NCBI GenBank assembly: GCA_031423775.1
Contig: JANPGF010000011.1
Span: 31,502 to 95,501 of the forward strand
Source: Candidatus Kaiserbacteria bacterium
GTDB taxonomy: Bacteria; Patescibacteriota; Minisyncoccia; Phycocordibacterales; UBA918
Length of the DNA: 64,000 bases
Reading direction: 5' to 3'
The position numbers were made by a program, and so were the translations under genes. Below are positions 50,059 through 60,070 of this stretch, piece after piece. Each line of letters starts with the position of its first letter. Positions within the stretch are counted from its first letter, which is position 1. The notes beneath the pieces are model-generated. The model saw only the letters and a list, made by a program, of their open reading frames with translations, was not told where the DNA came from and ran no database searches.

Positions 50059-50259
50059 ATGCGTACGCCAGTCCCCGCCACTGCCAAGTTGGTGCCACGT
50101 GAACTGTTACGCCGGTGTCCAAAATGTGGTCGCTACGTAAAAGTTGGCGGTCCGTTCAGTGGCAAGTATGTGATTCAAGCGCATGCTTTTGAAACGAATG
50201 GAACCGTCATGTGTTCCGGATATAACATGCAAATCCCTGCAACCCCCGCGTCGTCCTAA
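50059..50259 (+). CDS. Small zinc-ribbon-like protein
   Basis: SD GGAG; CPKCGR...H...C. Confidence 0.5.
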   Translation: MRTPVPATAKLVPRELLRRCPKCGRYVKVGGPFSGKYVIQAHAFETNGTVMCSGYNMQIPATPASS

Positions 50260-50301
50260 ATCAGGGCGGCGCGTTACTATTTATGCTATAGTCAATTTAT
50301 T

Positions 50302-50724
50302 ATGAAAACCGTCATTTGTTATACCGGCGGCAAAGCTCAGAGTAATCCCGGGCCTGCGGCTGTTGGCGTCTATATTACTGATGACTCGGGCGCCATGATG
50401 AGTGAAATGGCAGAAACAATTGGAAATAGTACCGATACGTTTGCTCATTATCAAGCGGTCTACGTTGGTCTCCAGGCACTGAAGTCTCTTCTCGGCATAG
50501 AGGGGATGACTACTGCCATTGAAATGCGTCTTTCAAGTGAACTCGTAAAATCACAACTGAATGCAGAGTCTCCCATCAAAGAGCCGGGATTTGTGCCACT
50601 ATTTATTGAAATCCATAATATGCAGGTCGAGAGTTTTCCGCACCTCACATTTACCTTGGTGCCACACAAAGAAAATGGCGAAGTAGAACGGTTGTTGAAC
50701 GAAGCGCTCGGTACAATAGAATAA
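50302..50724 (+). CDS. RNase HI-fold protein with degenerate active site
   Basis: YTGG..SNPGPAA; SELV..QLN; VP..EN. Confidence 0.75.
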   Translation: MKTVICYTGGKAQSNPGPAAVGVYITDDSGAMMSEMAETIGNSTDTFAHYQAVYVGLQALKSLLGIEGMTTAIEMRLSSELVKSQLNAESPIKEPGFVPLFIEIHNMQVESFPHLTFTLVPHKENGEVERLLNEALGTIE

Positions 50725-50836
50725 GTTAGGTATGAATCGGAGTCACCACTTGCAAGCTTGTGGGTTGTGTTTCTGGTTGAATAACTAGCCTTGACGATTT
50801 ACAGGGCTTTGTTATGCTCTATTTCACCTCAGTCAG

Positions 50837-51172
50837 ATGGCTGAGGAAACAGGGAGGCGTACACACGTGTGCATCAAGAACCACTTGGCTGAGCAGATAA
50901 GGCAACACGAAGCCTTGGACGCAAGTATCCGTCTGCTGCAGATGTGCCCAGGGCATGATTCGCTTGAAGTCGCAGTACTCAAAAAAAAGAAGCTGCTGCT
51001 GAAGGAGAACATTGGTCGCCTCATGAACCCGGCTCGGGCAACTGCACCGAAGGTGAAGAAAGCGACTACGAAGAAATCCAAAAAGAACAAAAAGGTTCAA
51101 GCGCCCGCTCCGGTCGCACACCTCGTTCCCGCACCCAACGCTCAATCTGATTTTGGCAAAAAAGCGGCGTAA
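50837..51172 (+). CDS. Hypothetical protein with Lys-rich tail
   Basis: H..LD..I...LKKKKL.LKE.I pattern (DUF465-like). Confidence 0.5.
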   Translation: MAEETGRRTHVCIKNHLAEQIRQHEALDASIRLLQMCPGHDSLEVAVLKKKKLLLKENIGRLMNPARATAPKVKKATTKKSKKNKKVQAPAPVAHLVPAPNAQSDFGKKAA

Positions 51173-51277
51173 CGCAAATTGATCTCAGGCAATCGCCTGC
51201 TGTCACCACTGCCCATCCACATGTTGGATGCGGCAGTTTTTTATTTTGGAGGGGTGAGAGTCTGGTACACTTATGGC

Positions 51278-52906
51278 ATGTCTGGTGTATTTTTTTATAC
51301 GCTACTACTCAGTTTTACGAGCGGGATTTTTCTCCGCTCGTTTTTTGTACTCGACGGTATTGTAGTAATCTGGCTCCTCCTTATTACTGTGGGGCTGGCG
51401 TTGTGGTGGTATAAAAAGCGAACTCAATCAACATCGGTTTTTGTCGGAATCGTAGCGCTCGGTATCTTTGGCATAGCACTTGGTATTGGCCGCTATATAT
51501 TTGCCGTACAACACACCCCGGCAGCCTTGCTCTTATCTGATGTTGGGTCTGTACATACGTATACCGGGCAGATTGTCCAAGAACCCGAGAGTGCAGCGAA
51601 TAGTACCAATCAAGTGGTACAAATTGGACAGGAAAGAATAGTAGCAAAAGTTGACCGTCATACACTCGTGCATTATGGAGACACTGTTTCAGTTACTGGT
51701 TCACTTGCTGTACCTGAACCTTTCATGACAGATTTTGGTCGTACCTTCGATTATCCTGGGTACTTGAGAGCTAAAGGTGTTGGGTACACAATGTCGTTTG
51801 CACGTATTACGGTGATTGATACCACAACAGGGAATCCAGCGCTGCGTTTTCTGTTTCGTGTAAAAGCTCGTTTTATTGAGGCACTCGAAGATATTCTTCC
51901 GGAACCTTATGTTGGATTAGGTAAAGGCTTACTTTTGGGTGTGAATCATGCACTCGGAAGTGAGCTCGAAGATATTTTTAGACGAGCAGGCATCATACAT
52001 ATTGTGGTACTGTCTGGATATAACATTCTTTTGGTGGTCCAGTTTGTATTACTCATTCTTGCGCGTCTGTTACCGCTGCGAGCTCGTGCGATTGTTGGTA
52101 TTGCGGCTATCGTTTGTTTTGCCTTGATTGTCGGACTCGGTGCTTCAGTGGTACGAGCCAGCATCATGGCGGCTCTCAGTCTCGTCGCTTTACTATTTGG
52201 TCGGAAGTATGCGGTCATCCGAGCTCTTTTTTTAGCAGGCGCAGTAATGCTTATTGTGAATCCTTATATACTGACCAATGATATTGGTTTCCAGCTGTCG
52301 TTTATGGCAACGTTTGGACTGCTCTTTGTTGCACCACACCTCAAGTGGTTGGTGACTTGGATGCCAGAAAAGTTTGGTTTCCAGGAGTTTCTTTTAGCAA
52401 CTATTTCTACTCAAATTGCCGTGTTACCAATTCTCCTCTACAACATGGGGCAGTTCTCGATTATTTCACTGATGGTAAATGTGCTTGTGTTGCCAGTTGT
52501 ATCGTTCGCCATGCTGCTAACGTTTCTTACTGGTCTGATCGCGCTCATTTCGCACAGTCTCGCATTCCCACTGTCCTTTGGAGCATACATTGTATTGGCA
52601 TACATCATTACTATCGCTACTAGGTTTGCTGCTCTCCCCTTTGCGGTAGTGAATGTGCCATTTTTTCCTTGGTATGCTGTGTTTGTTTCATACCTACTTT
52701 TAGGGGCTTGGTTATATGTCCGTATTCACCGATCAGCTGCAGTGACTCCGCAAACTATCGACCTCTCATCTATCGCTAATTGGACTGTTATTGAAGAAAT
52801 TAATAATCCCAAACAAACAAAAACTGGACAAGCGAGTATCGCTAGTCCAGTTTCTGTTGATTCTCCTGCTGCCGCATCTGTAGATACTCCGATTTTTTTC
52901 CGCTGA
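51278..52906 (+). CDS. comEC: ComEC/Rec2 competence protein (membrane and OB part)
   Basis: FDYPGYL, HIVVLSGYN, GFQLSF. Confidence 0.92.
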   Translation: MSGVFFYTLLLSFTSGIFLRSFFVLDGIVVIWLLLITVGLALWWYKKRTQSTSVFVGIVALGIFGIALGIGRYIFAVQHTPAALLLSDVGSVHTYTGQIVQEPESAANSTNQVVQIGQERIVAKVDRHTLVHYGDTVSVTGSLAVPEPFMTDFGRTFDYPGYLRAKGVGYTMSFARITVIDTTTGNPALRFLFRVKARFIEALEDILPEPYVGLGKGLLLGVNHALGSELEDIFRRAGIIHIVVLSGYNILLVVQFVLLILARLLPLRARAIVGIAAIVCFALIVGLGASVVRASIMAALSLVALLFGRKYAVIRALFLAGAVMLIVNPYILTNDIGFQLSFMATFGLLFVAPHLKWLVTWMPEKFGFQEFLLATISTQIAVLPILLYNMGQFSIISLMVNVLVLPVVSFAMLLTFLTGLIALISHSLAFPLSFGAYIVLAYIITIATRFAALPFAVVNVPFFPWYAVFVSYLLLGAWLYVRIHRSAAVTPQTIDLSSIANWTVIEEINNPKQTKTGQASIASPVSVDSPAAASVDTPIFFR

Positions 52907-52907
52907 G

Positions 52908-53486
52908 CTAGACGAGGCGTCCTGATACTACCTCCCAGTTCAAGTTAGCAAAGAAAGCCTCGATGTACTTTTTCTTGTCTGCCGGGAGATAGTCACGCAT
53001 ATATGAGTGTTCCCACATATCAAGCGCAAGCACGATGTCGAGGTCAGCCAGTTGCCCGATATGTTGTTCGTCGACCCAGGTGAGTACGAGTTGGTCAGTG
53101 TGGGGATCGTGGTACATCATGGCCCAACCAATACCGCGTGTCATAGCAATGGCGGTAAAGCGCTGTTGCCAGATTTCAATACTACCCCAGGTTGCAACGA
53201 TTTTTTCATTGAGGGTGCCGGCCGGAAGGGGCTTTGCGCCACCTTCTAACTGTGCAAAGTAGTATTCGTGGTTTCGCATCCCGCCAAACTCAAAGCCTAG
53301 GCGGCGCTGCATTTCACTAATGGCGTAGCCGTTCGCCTCGAGGTCATGACTGTATGAAGCGATTTTATCGTTTATCAGATTGACGTGTTTGACGTATCCC
53401 GCATACAGACCGAGGTGCAGATCGATTGATTCGCGACTAATACCGGTGAGTTCTGGAATATCAAACGTTAATGGTTCGTAGTTCAT
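52908..53486 (-). CDS. sod: Fe/Mn superoxide dismutase
   Basis: NHEYYF, DMWEHSY. Confidence 0.88.
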   Translation of the reverse strand: MNYEPLTFDIPELTGISRESIDLHLGLYAGYVKHVNLINDKIASYSHDLEANGYAISEMQRRLGFEFGGMRNHEYYFAQLEGGAKPLPAGTLNEKIVATWGSIEIWQQRFTAIAMTRGIGWAMMYHDPHTDQLVLTWVDEQHIGQLADLDIVLALDMWEHSYMRDYLPADKKKYIEAFFANLNWEVVSGRLV

Positions 53487-53567
53487 GTGTATACAGGTTA
53501 CTGTGAATAATGGGTACTTTACTAGTATAGCAAATTTCAACGAAAGCTCCGTAGTATACTGTCACTA

Positions 53568-54434
53568 ATGTACTGTAGTTTTCGTTATCGGTTGGGTGTG
53601 CTACTCGTCGTTTGTGCGACCGGCGTCGTGGCGTGGCTTACACCACTTTGGTCAACTGGTTCAGCTACACAATCATATATTACGGTGACGTTCCTTAATA
53701 TTGGACAGGGTGATTCTATTTTGATTGAGACGCCGGATGGAGTCCAGGCCTTGATTGACGGTGGTCCTGATACTAAAGTGCTTGGTGAACTCGCCGCATC
53801 ACTCCCCTGGTTTGATCGGACGCTTGATCTCGTCATTGGTACTCATCCAGATAAAGACCATATAGGCGGATTGGTTGATGTACTCAAACAATACAAAGTG
53901 AGTACGATACTCACGACCGAAAATACTGGAGAGACAATGACCTCTGCTAATTTTCGTAAAGCTCTGACGCAAGAAGGGGCAAGTGTCATCATGGCAAGAG
54001 CTGGACAAGTGTATCAATTAGGAGCCAGCACAACGCTCACTATTTTTTCACCAGCCAGTGATCCTAGCATGCTCGAAAGCAATACCGCTTCAATCGTTGC
54101 ACAATTACAGTATGGCGATACACAGTTTATGTTAACCGGTGACGCCCCCTCGAGCGTCGAACGGTATTTAGCTGCAACTTATGGCAGCAAATTAGAATCA
54201 GAAGTGTTGAAGCTCGGTCATCACGGCTCTAAAAATTCTTCCTCAGATGAATTTCTAGCAGCAGTAAATCCAAAATATGCTGTCGTATCTGCCGGCAAAA
54301 ACAATACCTACGGACATCCTTCGCCCGAAACTGTTGCAAGAGTGAAAGATCACAATATCCCAATCGTGAGCACAATCGACGAGGGTCGCATTACTTTTGC
54401 AAGTGATGGGGTATCAGTCTGGCAAGTTAAATAG
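53568..54434 (+). CDS. ComEC-type metallo-beta-lactamase domain protein
   Basis: GQGDS, THPDKDHIGG, TGD, HHGS, YGHP. Confidence 0.92.
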   Translation: MYCSFRYRLGVLLVVCATGVVAWLTPLWSTGSATQSYITVTFLNIGQGDSILIETPDGVQALIDGGPDTKVLGELAASLPWFDRTLDLVIGTHPDKDHIGGLVDVLKQYKVSTILTTENTGETMTSANFRKALTQEGASVIMARAGQVYQLGASTTLTIFSPASDPSMLESNTASIVAQLQYGDTQFMLTGDAPSSVERYLAATYGSKLESEVLKLGHHGSKNSSSDEFLAAVNPKYAVVSAGKNNTYGHPSPETVARVKDHNIPIVSTIDEGRITFASDGVSVWQVK

Positions 54435-54460
54435 TTATTCAATAATAAGTTGTAAGAATC

Positions 54461-54678
54461 AGCGACAAGAGAAATTGGATGCAGTTCCAGGTGAGAAGTG
54501 ACTGAATGTCACTTTGCAAGACTCATTGAGTTACTTTATGAGCGTAGCGAAATAAAGTATCCAATGAGTGGACAGTTCCTGTAAGGAAAGCAAACAAAAT
54601 TTGATGAGCCGTACTTTTGTACGGTGAATCTAATTTTGTGCAGGGCAACAACGAAATGCGCCAATTTCGCTTGTTGAT
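54461..54678. repeat. Palindromic intergenic element (family A) with inserted hairpins
   Basis: GATGCAGTTCCAGG...core shared with 28551-28592...CAACAACGAAATGCGC. Confidence 0.75.
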
Positions 54679-54712
54679 CTAAATAAAAACCGCCCATGTG
54701 GGCGGTTTTTAT

Positions 54713-54955
54713 TTAAATGAGTTTCGCTAGTTTGAGAGTGGCGTACGCTCCATTTTTGGCAATAGTGCGGAGACCTTTAGTCGAAACCTTGATAGTTACC
54801 GTCTTATCAAGTTCTGGAACAAAGATTCGCTTCTTTTGGAGGTTCGGTGCCCGCTTGTAAATCCCTGATGGGTTGAATTGGGTGGCACGGACACGGTTAC
54901 TGTATTTACCGCCTGATTGGGTCTTCTTGCCCGTGATTTCGCAGATTTTTGACAT
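54713..54955 (-). CDS. rpmB: 50S ribosomal protein L28
   Basis: MSKICEITGK, PNLQKKR, KVSTKGLRTI. Confidence 0.93.
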   Translation of the reverse strand: MSKICEITGKKTQSGGKYSNRVRATQFNPSGIYKRAPNLQKKRIFVPELDKTVTIKVSTKGLRTIAKNGAYATLKLAKLI

Positions 54956-55043
54956 ATAAAGGTTTTTAGTTCGGCCATACTAACAGTAACCCCTATATTT
55001 TGCAACCCCCAGAGAACCCACTCACTAACCACTCATCTACTTT

Positions 55044-55345
55044 AAATGAAGAAACGAGTGCGTGAAGAGTGATATTAAATCACTCTTCACCTATTTTGAA
55101 CGTATGTTCCGATTTGCCCCTACCTAGAGCAAATCGCTGGACGGCTGTTTGGGAGTATCTGTTCCAGAACTTTTGCCTAGGAAGGTCGAGCTTTGCATGC
55201 AGAAAATATAGTCGCAAGCTCCTTATTTTCCAGCAAAGTTGGAACTGACCTAATTTTTAGGGAGATCTGTACTCGACCATAAAAATGGAAATGCCCTTGT
55301 GGTGAATCAAAAGCATACTCGCGGGCGCTCGTTGTTTTGTTTATC
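55044..55345. repeat. Modular palindromic element (family B, expanded)
   Basis: Same modules as 44003-44186 with additional hairpins inserted. Confidence 0.75.
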
Positions 55346-55576
55346 CGTACGAAAAGTGCGGTTCGAGCTTTCGCTCCAGGTCGCCTTGTTCCTGGTGGAT
55401 TATTGAAAGGCCATCGATATGATGGATTTTCTTAAGTGTACTAAAAAGGTACTAGATACGAGGCGTCGATTTGTGAACGTTTGAGACGTACTGATTTGTA
55501 CGTTGAAAACGTGAACAATGAAGACACCGAAGTAGATGGTGCCTTTTTGGGACACTTTTGTGTATAATGGAAAACT

Positions 55577-56203
55577 ATGGACTACACCCCAATTGCAATG
55601 ATAGTGGCGCTGATTATATCGGTGGTTATTCATGAAATGGCGCATGGGTATATGGCTAACTATCTTGGTGACCCAACAGCTCGGTTACAAGGTCGGTTGT
55701 CGGCAAACCCGCTGGTACATATTGACCCAATGATGTCGGTGATTTTGCCGCTCTTGTTAATCATGACACACTCTCCTTTTATTTTCGGTGCAGCCAAGCC
55801 AGTCCCTTACAATCCCTATAATCTTCGAAATCAAAAATGGGGTGAGGCTCTGGTGGCAATAGCCGGTCCTCTCTCTAATATCGTAGTTGCCATAATTTTT
55901 GCTGTACTCTTTCGATATGTTGACTTCTCAATAACTTTTACAGATTTAGCGTTCAAAATTATTGGACTCAATATTTTTCTGGCTTTGTTTAACTTAGTTC
56001 CATTGCCACCGCTTGATGGTTCAAAAATTCTCCCGAGCCTTCTCCCGTTCCGGTTACGGATTAAATATGAACGCTTTCGATTTGCCATGGAGCAAAATGT
56101 TGCGCTGGCGTTTGGTGTCGTGATTGTTACCTTTATGTTTGTACTTGGAGCGCCACTCGCACATTTGACTGGGGTCATTACCATTCTGCTCGCAGGTCAG
56201 TAA
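55577..56203 (+). CDS. Site-2 protease (M50)
   Basis: HEMAH, AGPLSN, FNLVPLPPLDG. Confidence 0.93.
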   Translation: MDYTPIAMIVALIISVVIHEMAHGYMANYLGDPTARLQGRLSANPLVHIDPMMSVILPLLLIMTHSPFIFGAAKPVPYNPYNLRNQKWGEALVAIAGPLSNIVVAIIFAVLFRYVDFSITFTDLAFKIIGLNIFLALFNLVPLPPLDGSKILPSLLPFRLRIKYERFRFAMEQNVALAFGVVIVTFMFVLGAPLAHLTGVITILLAGQ

Positions 56204-56330
56204 CTACCTACTGGTTGTACACAAGTCGCTACACCTTTTTACTGAAAAGGTCGTATACTACTAAGTAATTGGAGGCCGCCTGCAACAGGCGGTCGTTTTG
56301 TTGCGTTATTAAAATTAGTTCTTTCGTTTT

Positions 56331-57140
56331 ATGAAATCAGCCGTTACCAAATCCCGAACCAGAGTCCTGCGTCCAGTTCTAGCTTTTTCATGTGCTGTCG
56401 CGTGGCTTCTCGTTGGAGCTCTCTCTGCACACGCCGCAACCCCTGATCTGCTGGCGGCAATGCAGGCCCAGTTGTCGCTCGCGAGTGCTCAGTTGCAACA
56501 AATTAAAATAGTGCATCCGGCCGGCGAAGTTCTTGGGGCAGCTATTTCGCCCCTCCCGAGTCTGACCAATCTTAAAGCTCAATTAGCAGAGGTTGATGCC
56601 AAAATTTCCGCACTACAAACACAGCGTACGGGGATTGTGGCACAGATAGCCAAGGTACAGAATGCGCTTGCGAGCTCATCAGCACCGGCTATTGTTTCAG
56701 TAAACGCTGGCACCGTGCGCAATGCTGTTCTCACTACTGCAGTAAACTCCGGAACACACGATTTTGTGACGTATACGTTAAGTGTAGATATGACAGCCGT
56801 GAATCGTGATGTGTATGTTGCAAAAAATCCAGCCAAATCAGTTCTCTATGAGTTGCAAAATATAGCAGGGACCTCAGTTGGTAAGGATGCGACAACAGTA
56901 AAATCATTTACCTCAACCGCGAAGCTAAATGCTGGCGGTCTCTATTATGTGGTACCCAAGGGAAGCACTGCCACCTTTACTGTAGCCGTTAACTGGAATC
57001 CAAACGCCGCGTCACCGGCACGAGGACTGCAGTTGCTTGGGTTAAAGTATTCCGGAAGTGCTGCTGCCACATCATCAGCTACTTGGAATGCGAGTCCAGT
57101 CAGAAACTATCGTACCGACAGTGTGTCGACAAGCTATTAA
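56331..57140 (+). CDS. Secreted surface protein (paralog 1)
   Basis: Signal peptide, GEVLG, coiled coil, beta domain. Confidence 0.7.
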   Translation: MKSAVTKSRTRVLRPVLAFSCAVAWLLVGALSAHAATPDLLAAMQAQLSLASAQLQQIKIVHPAGEVLGAAISPLPSLTNLKAQLAEVDAKISALQTQRTGIVAQIAKVQNALASSSAPAIVSVNAGTVRNAVLTTAVNSGTHDFVTYTLSVDMTAVNRDVYVAKNPAKSVLYELQNIAGTSVGKDATTVKSFTSTAKLNAGGLYYVVPKGSTATFTVAVNWNPNAASPARGLQLLGLKYSGSAAATSSATWNASPVRNYRTDSVSTSY

Positions 57141-57310
57141 AATAGAGCAGTTTACCAAAAAGCGCCCCTCACTAGGGCGATTTTTGTTTGTTATAGAGTA
57201 TCTGTCCACAGTCATCTGCCTGTAATGTATTGGTGCCAGCATATACTCATAAGTGATGGATGGCGCCCTGCACAATTGGGTGTAATTATTAGAGTAGTTA
57301 TTTTTCACGT

Positions 57311-58633
57311 ATGAAATCGTCAGTTCTTACTTCACGAACCTCTCACGTCATACCAGCAATTATCGTTGGTGTTGTATGTTTATTCTCGTCGTTTATATCG
57401 GCTCAGGCAGTCACTCCTGATCAGTTTGCTGCTATGCAAATGCAACTACTTCATGCAAGTGCTCAGTTGCGGATGCTGCAAAACCCCAGTCCGACTGGGG
57501 AAGTCCTTGGAGTGTCTACAACTACTGCTCCTGCCGGTACCGCTTCTGACGCGAATCAATTGTTATTGATCAAGGAACAAATTGTTGCGCTTGATGCAAA
57601 AATCGTTGAACTGCAAACCATGCGCGCGCAGTTAGCGCTCCAAGCGGCACAACTTCAAACAGCAACCGCTACGAGCACATCAGCGTTCGTCGTTAAAACC
57701 GATGCTGCTAATCCTCAAGCTACCACACTCGAACTGAGTGATAGGGTAACTTCTGGTTGGATGGATATCCTGACGTTTGACCTCGACACAACAGCCAGCA
57801 AGAATAGTTTATTCATTGATACTGCCCAAATCGGCGTAGTTGTTGGCAATACAAAAGGTGGATACACTTCATTAGTTGCTGGTGCTGAATTGGTGATGGA
57901 CGGTAAAACCTTTACGTCATATACGATGACGAATTCGACAACTACTGATGGCGTTGCCACACTCCTCTTTACCATCGGTGGAAATGAAATGATTAAAGCC
58001 GGTACTCGGATGCCTGCCACCCTGAAACTCCGTTTCAAGGCTCTCACGGCAGCTAATGAAGGCGCAACGATCAAGGCTCGAGTGCTGGCAGGGAATATCC
58101 ATGCCCACATCGCCACTCCAATGGGGGTAATGGGTGCACTCATAAAGAATACAAGTTCAGCGTACGGTGAATTGATGACGCTTCATGCCAAGGGAGCTAT
58201 TGTTACCAAAAACTCGCAGAGTGCGGTTTTAACCTCTGGTTCATGGGCAACACATGATTCAGTATTGTATACCTTGAAATTTGACGTGACCGCGTTTAAC
58301 GAGGATGTCTACCTGAATAAAGCGGCTGCCCGTGCGGTGTCATACACAATGGTTGATGCTGCAGGAGCCGATAAAGGAGTAGCAGCAACTTCAATTGCTG
58401 CCCTGACAACGACAGCTAATAGCGATACCTCTGGCCAATACTATGTGGTACCTGATGGATCAACTGCAACTTTCACTCTCGTTGTTAAATGGACTCCAGC
58501 TGGCGCGTCACCCGCTCGTGCTCTCCAGTTACAAACTATTGGATATAACACAATGTCTCCAACCGCTTCGATGGTTTGGGTACCTTCAAATGTACGAGAT
58601 TTCCGTACAGATGCAGTATCGACCAGCTTATAA
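57311..58633 (+). CDS. Secreted surface protein (paralog 2)
   Basis: Shares N- and C-termini with 56331-57140; extra central domain. Confidence 0.7.
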   Translation: MKSSVLTSRTSHVIPAIIVGVVCLFSSFISAQAVTPDQFAAMQMQLLHASAQLRMLQNPSPTGEVLGVSTTTAPAGTASDANQLLLIKEQIVALDAKIVELQTMRAQLALQAAQLQTATATSTSAFVVKTDAANPQATTLELSDRVTSGWMDILTFDLDTTASKNSLFIDTAQIGVVVGNTKGGYTSLVAGAELVMDGKTFTSYTMTNSTTTDGVATLLFTIGGNEMIKAGTRMPATLKLRFKALTAANEGATIKARVLAGNIHAHIATPMGVMGALIKNTSSAYGELMTLHAKGAIVTKNSQSAVLTSGSWATHDSVLYTLKFDVTAFNEDVYLNKAAARAVSYTMVDAAGADKGVAATSIAALTTTANSDTSGQYYVVPDGSTATFTLVVKWTPAGASPARALQLQTIGYNTMSPTASMVWVPSNVRDFRTDAVSTSL

Positions 58634-58780
58634 CAAGCAAAAGAGTAATCAAAAAACCTCCATTTTGGAGGTTTTTTGATTACTTGAGAGGCCTATTGAT
58701 CGAAAACGTCCCAAAAACACTTGGTAGAGTCCAGAAGTCCTTGCAAAATAATGGTTTTGATAGTATCTTAGGCAGGCTTT

Positions 58781-59194
58781 ATGGCAACAATAAATCAATT
58801 AACAAAGAAGAAGCGTGTCGACCCAGTTACCAAGCGAAAGACCGGAGCGTTGTTTGCAGGCTTTAACTCAATCGAGAACAAGCCAAACTACTACAACTCA
58901 CCGTTCAAGCGTGGTGTGTGTACTCGCGTAACAACCAAGACCCCACGTAAGCCGAACTCTGCGATTCGAAAGATTGCTCGTGTTCGTCTCTCAAACGGTA
59001 TGGAAATTACTGCGTACATCCCAGGTATCAAGCACACTCTCCAGGAGCACTCAGTAGTGCTCGTACGTGGAGGTCGTGTGAAGGACATCGGCGTTAACTA
59101 CACAATCGTTCGTGGAAAATACGACGCGACAGGAGTAGCAGAACGACGAATGGGACGTAGTCGATACGGAGCAAAGAAGCCGAAAGCAAAATAA
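58781..59194 (+). CDS. rpsL: 30S ribosomal protein S12
   Basis: RGVC, KPNSA.RK, AYIPG, RGGRVKD. Confidence 0.98.
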   Translation: MATINQLTKKKRVDPVTKRKTGALFAGFNSIENKPNYYNSPFKRGVCTRVTTKTPRKPNSAIRKIARVRLSNGMEITAYIPGIKHTLQEHSVVLVRGGRVKDIGVNYTIVRGKYDATGVAERRMGRSRYGAKKPKAK

Positions 59195-59309
59195 ATCACT
59201 TCATCTGCGTTGTTGGGACTACATAAAATTTTGTTCACCTTACGTTAAAGTAAGACTCACCAAAATTTTATTTGCCCGCCTAGCAGCTAAAGCAATTTCT
59301 TTCGCTTTC
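59182..59309. repeat. Family A element (reverse orientation) whose arm includes the rpsL 3' end
   Basis: Reverse complement core GGTGAGTCTTAC..GTAAGGTGAA, CAACAACGCAG. Confidence 0.65.
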
Positions 59310-59480
59310 AAAAACTGGGACATAATGTATTCCAGTAGAAGATTACCAATAGTCTATATTCGCTACAGATACCGGATGCAGCTCAACCGCAAGGTACGGA
59401 GCATAGGATATGCGAAGAATGAAACAAGAGGCTTTGCCATACTATTTCATTCTTAATTATTAAAATTAAGAACTCACAAA

Positions 59481-59951
59481 ATGCGTCGTCCAATTAAAAA
59501 GCGACCGGTTGTCAGTCCAGACATTATGTTCGGATCTGTCGACGTCGAGCGTCTCATTAACTACGTGATGCTCCGCGGTCAGAAGGAAACAGCTCGAAAG
59601 ATCGTCTACGGTGCTTTCGCTGAGATCAAGGAACGAAAGGATGGTGGCGACCCACAGGAAGTATTTAACACCGCAGTGCGTAACGCCGGACCACTCATGG
59701 AAGTTCGCTCACGCCGCGTTGGTGGAGCAAACTACCAGGTTCCTCGTGAAGTACGTCCAGAACGACGTCTCGCACTCGCCCTCCGTTGGATCATCACTGG
59801 TGCTCGTAACCAGAAAGGTGTCCCAATGCACAAGGCCCTAGCGCAGGAACTTATCCTCGCAGCCAAGGAAGAAGGAAATGCGGTAAAGAAGAAGGAGGAT
59901 ACGCATAAGATGGCTGAGGCTAACCGAGCCTTCGCCCACTTCGCCTGGTAA
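59481..59951 (+). CDS. rpsG: 30S ribosomal protein S7
   Basis: [27 protein letters not shown]. Confidence 0.98.
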   Translation: MRRPIKKRPVVSPDIMFGSVDVERLINYVMLRGQKETARKIVYGAFAEIKERKDGGDPQEVFNTAVRNAGPLMEVRSRRVGGANYQVPREVRPERRLALALRWIITGARNQKGVPMHKALAQELILAAKEEGNAVKKKEDTHKMAEANRAFAHFAW

Positions 59952-60070
59952 TTCCAAAATTAGAGACTGGCGTTGTCGTTACGGTAAAAATGTAGCTCAC
60001 TGGACTATTCGTCCCATTCGCTTCATTTTTACCTAGACTCCTAGCCATTCATCTAATTTTGAAATCACCA
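59946..60070. repeat. Family A-like element whose arm includes the rpsG stop
   Basis: TGGTAATTCCAAAATTAG / CTAATTTTGAAATCACCA arms; GCGTTGTCG and CCTAG motifs. Confidence 0.6.

Noticed and set aside
2030-59841. Numerous antisense or overlapping ORFs in the track (e.g. 2030-2569, 19615-20145, 24462-24875, 33571-33927)
   Set aside because: Shadows of well-supported genes on the other strand or frame; no motifs or RBS
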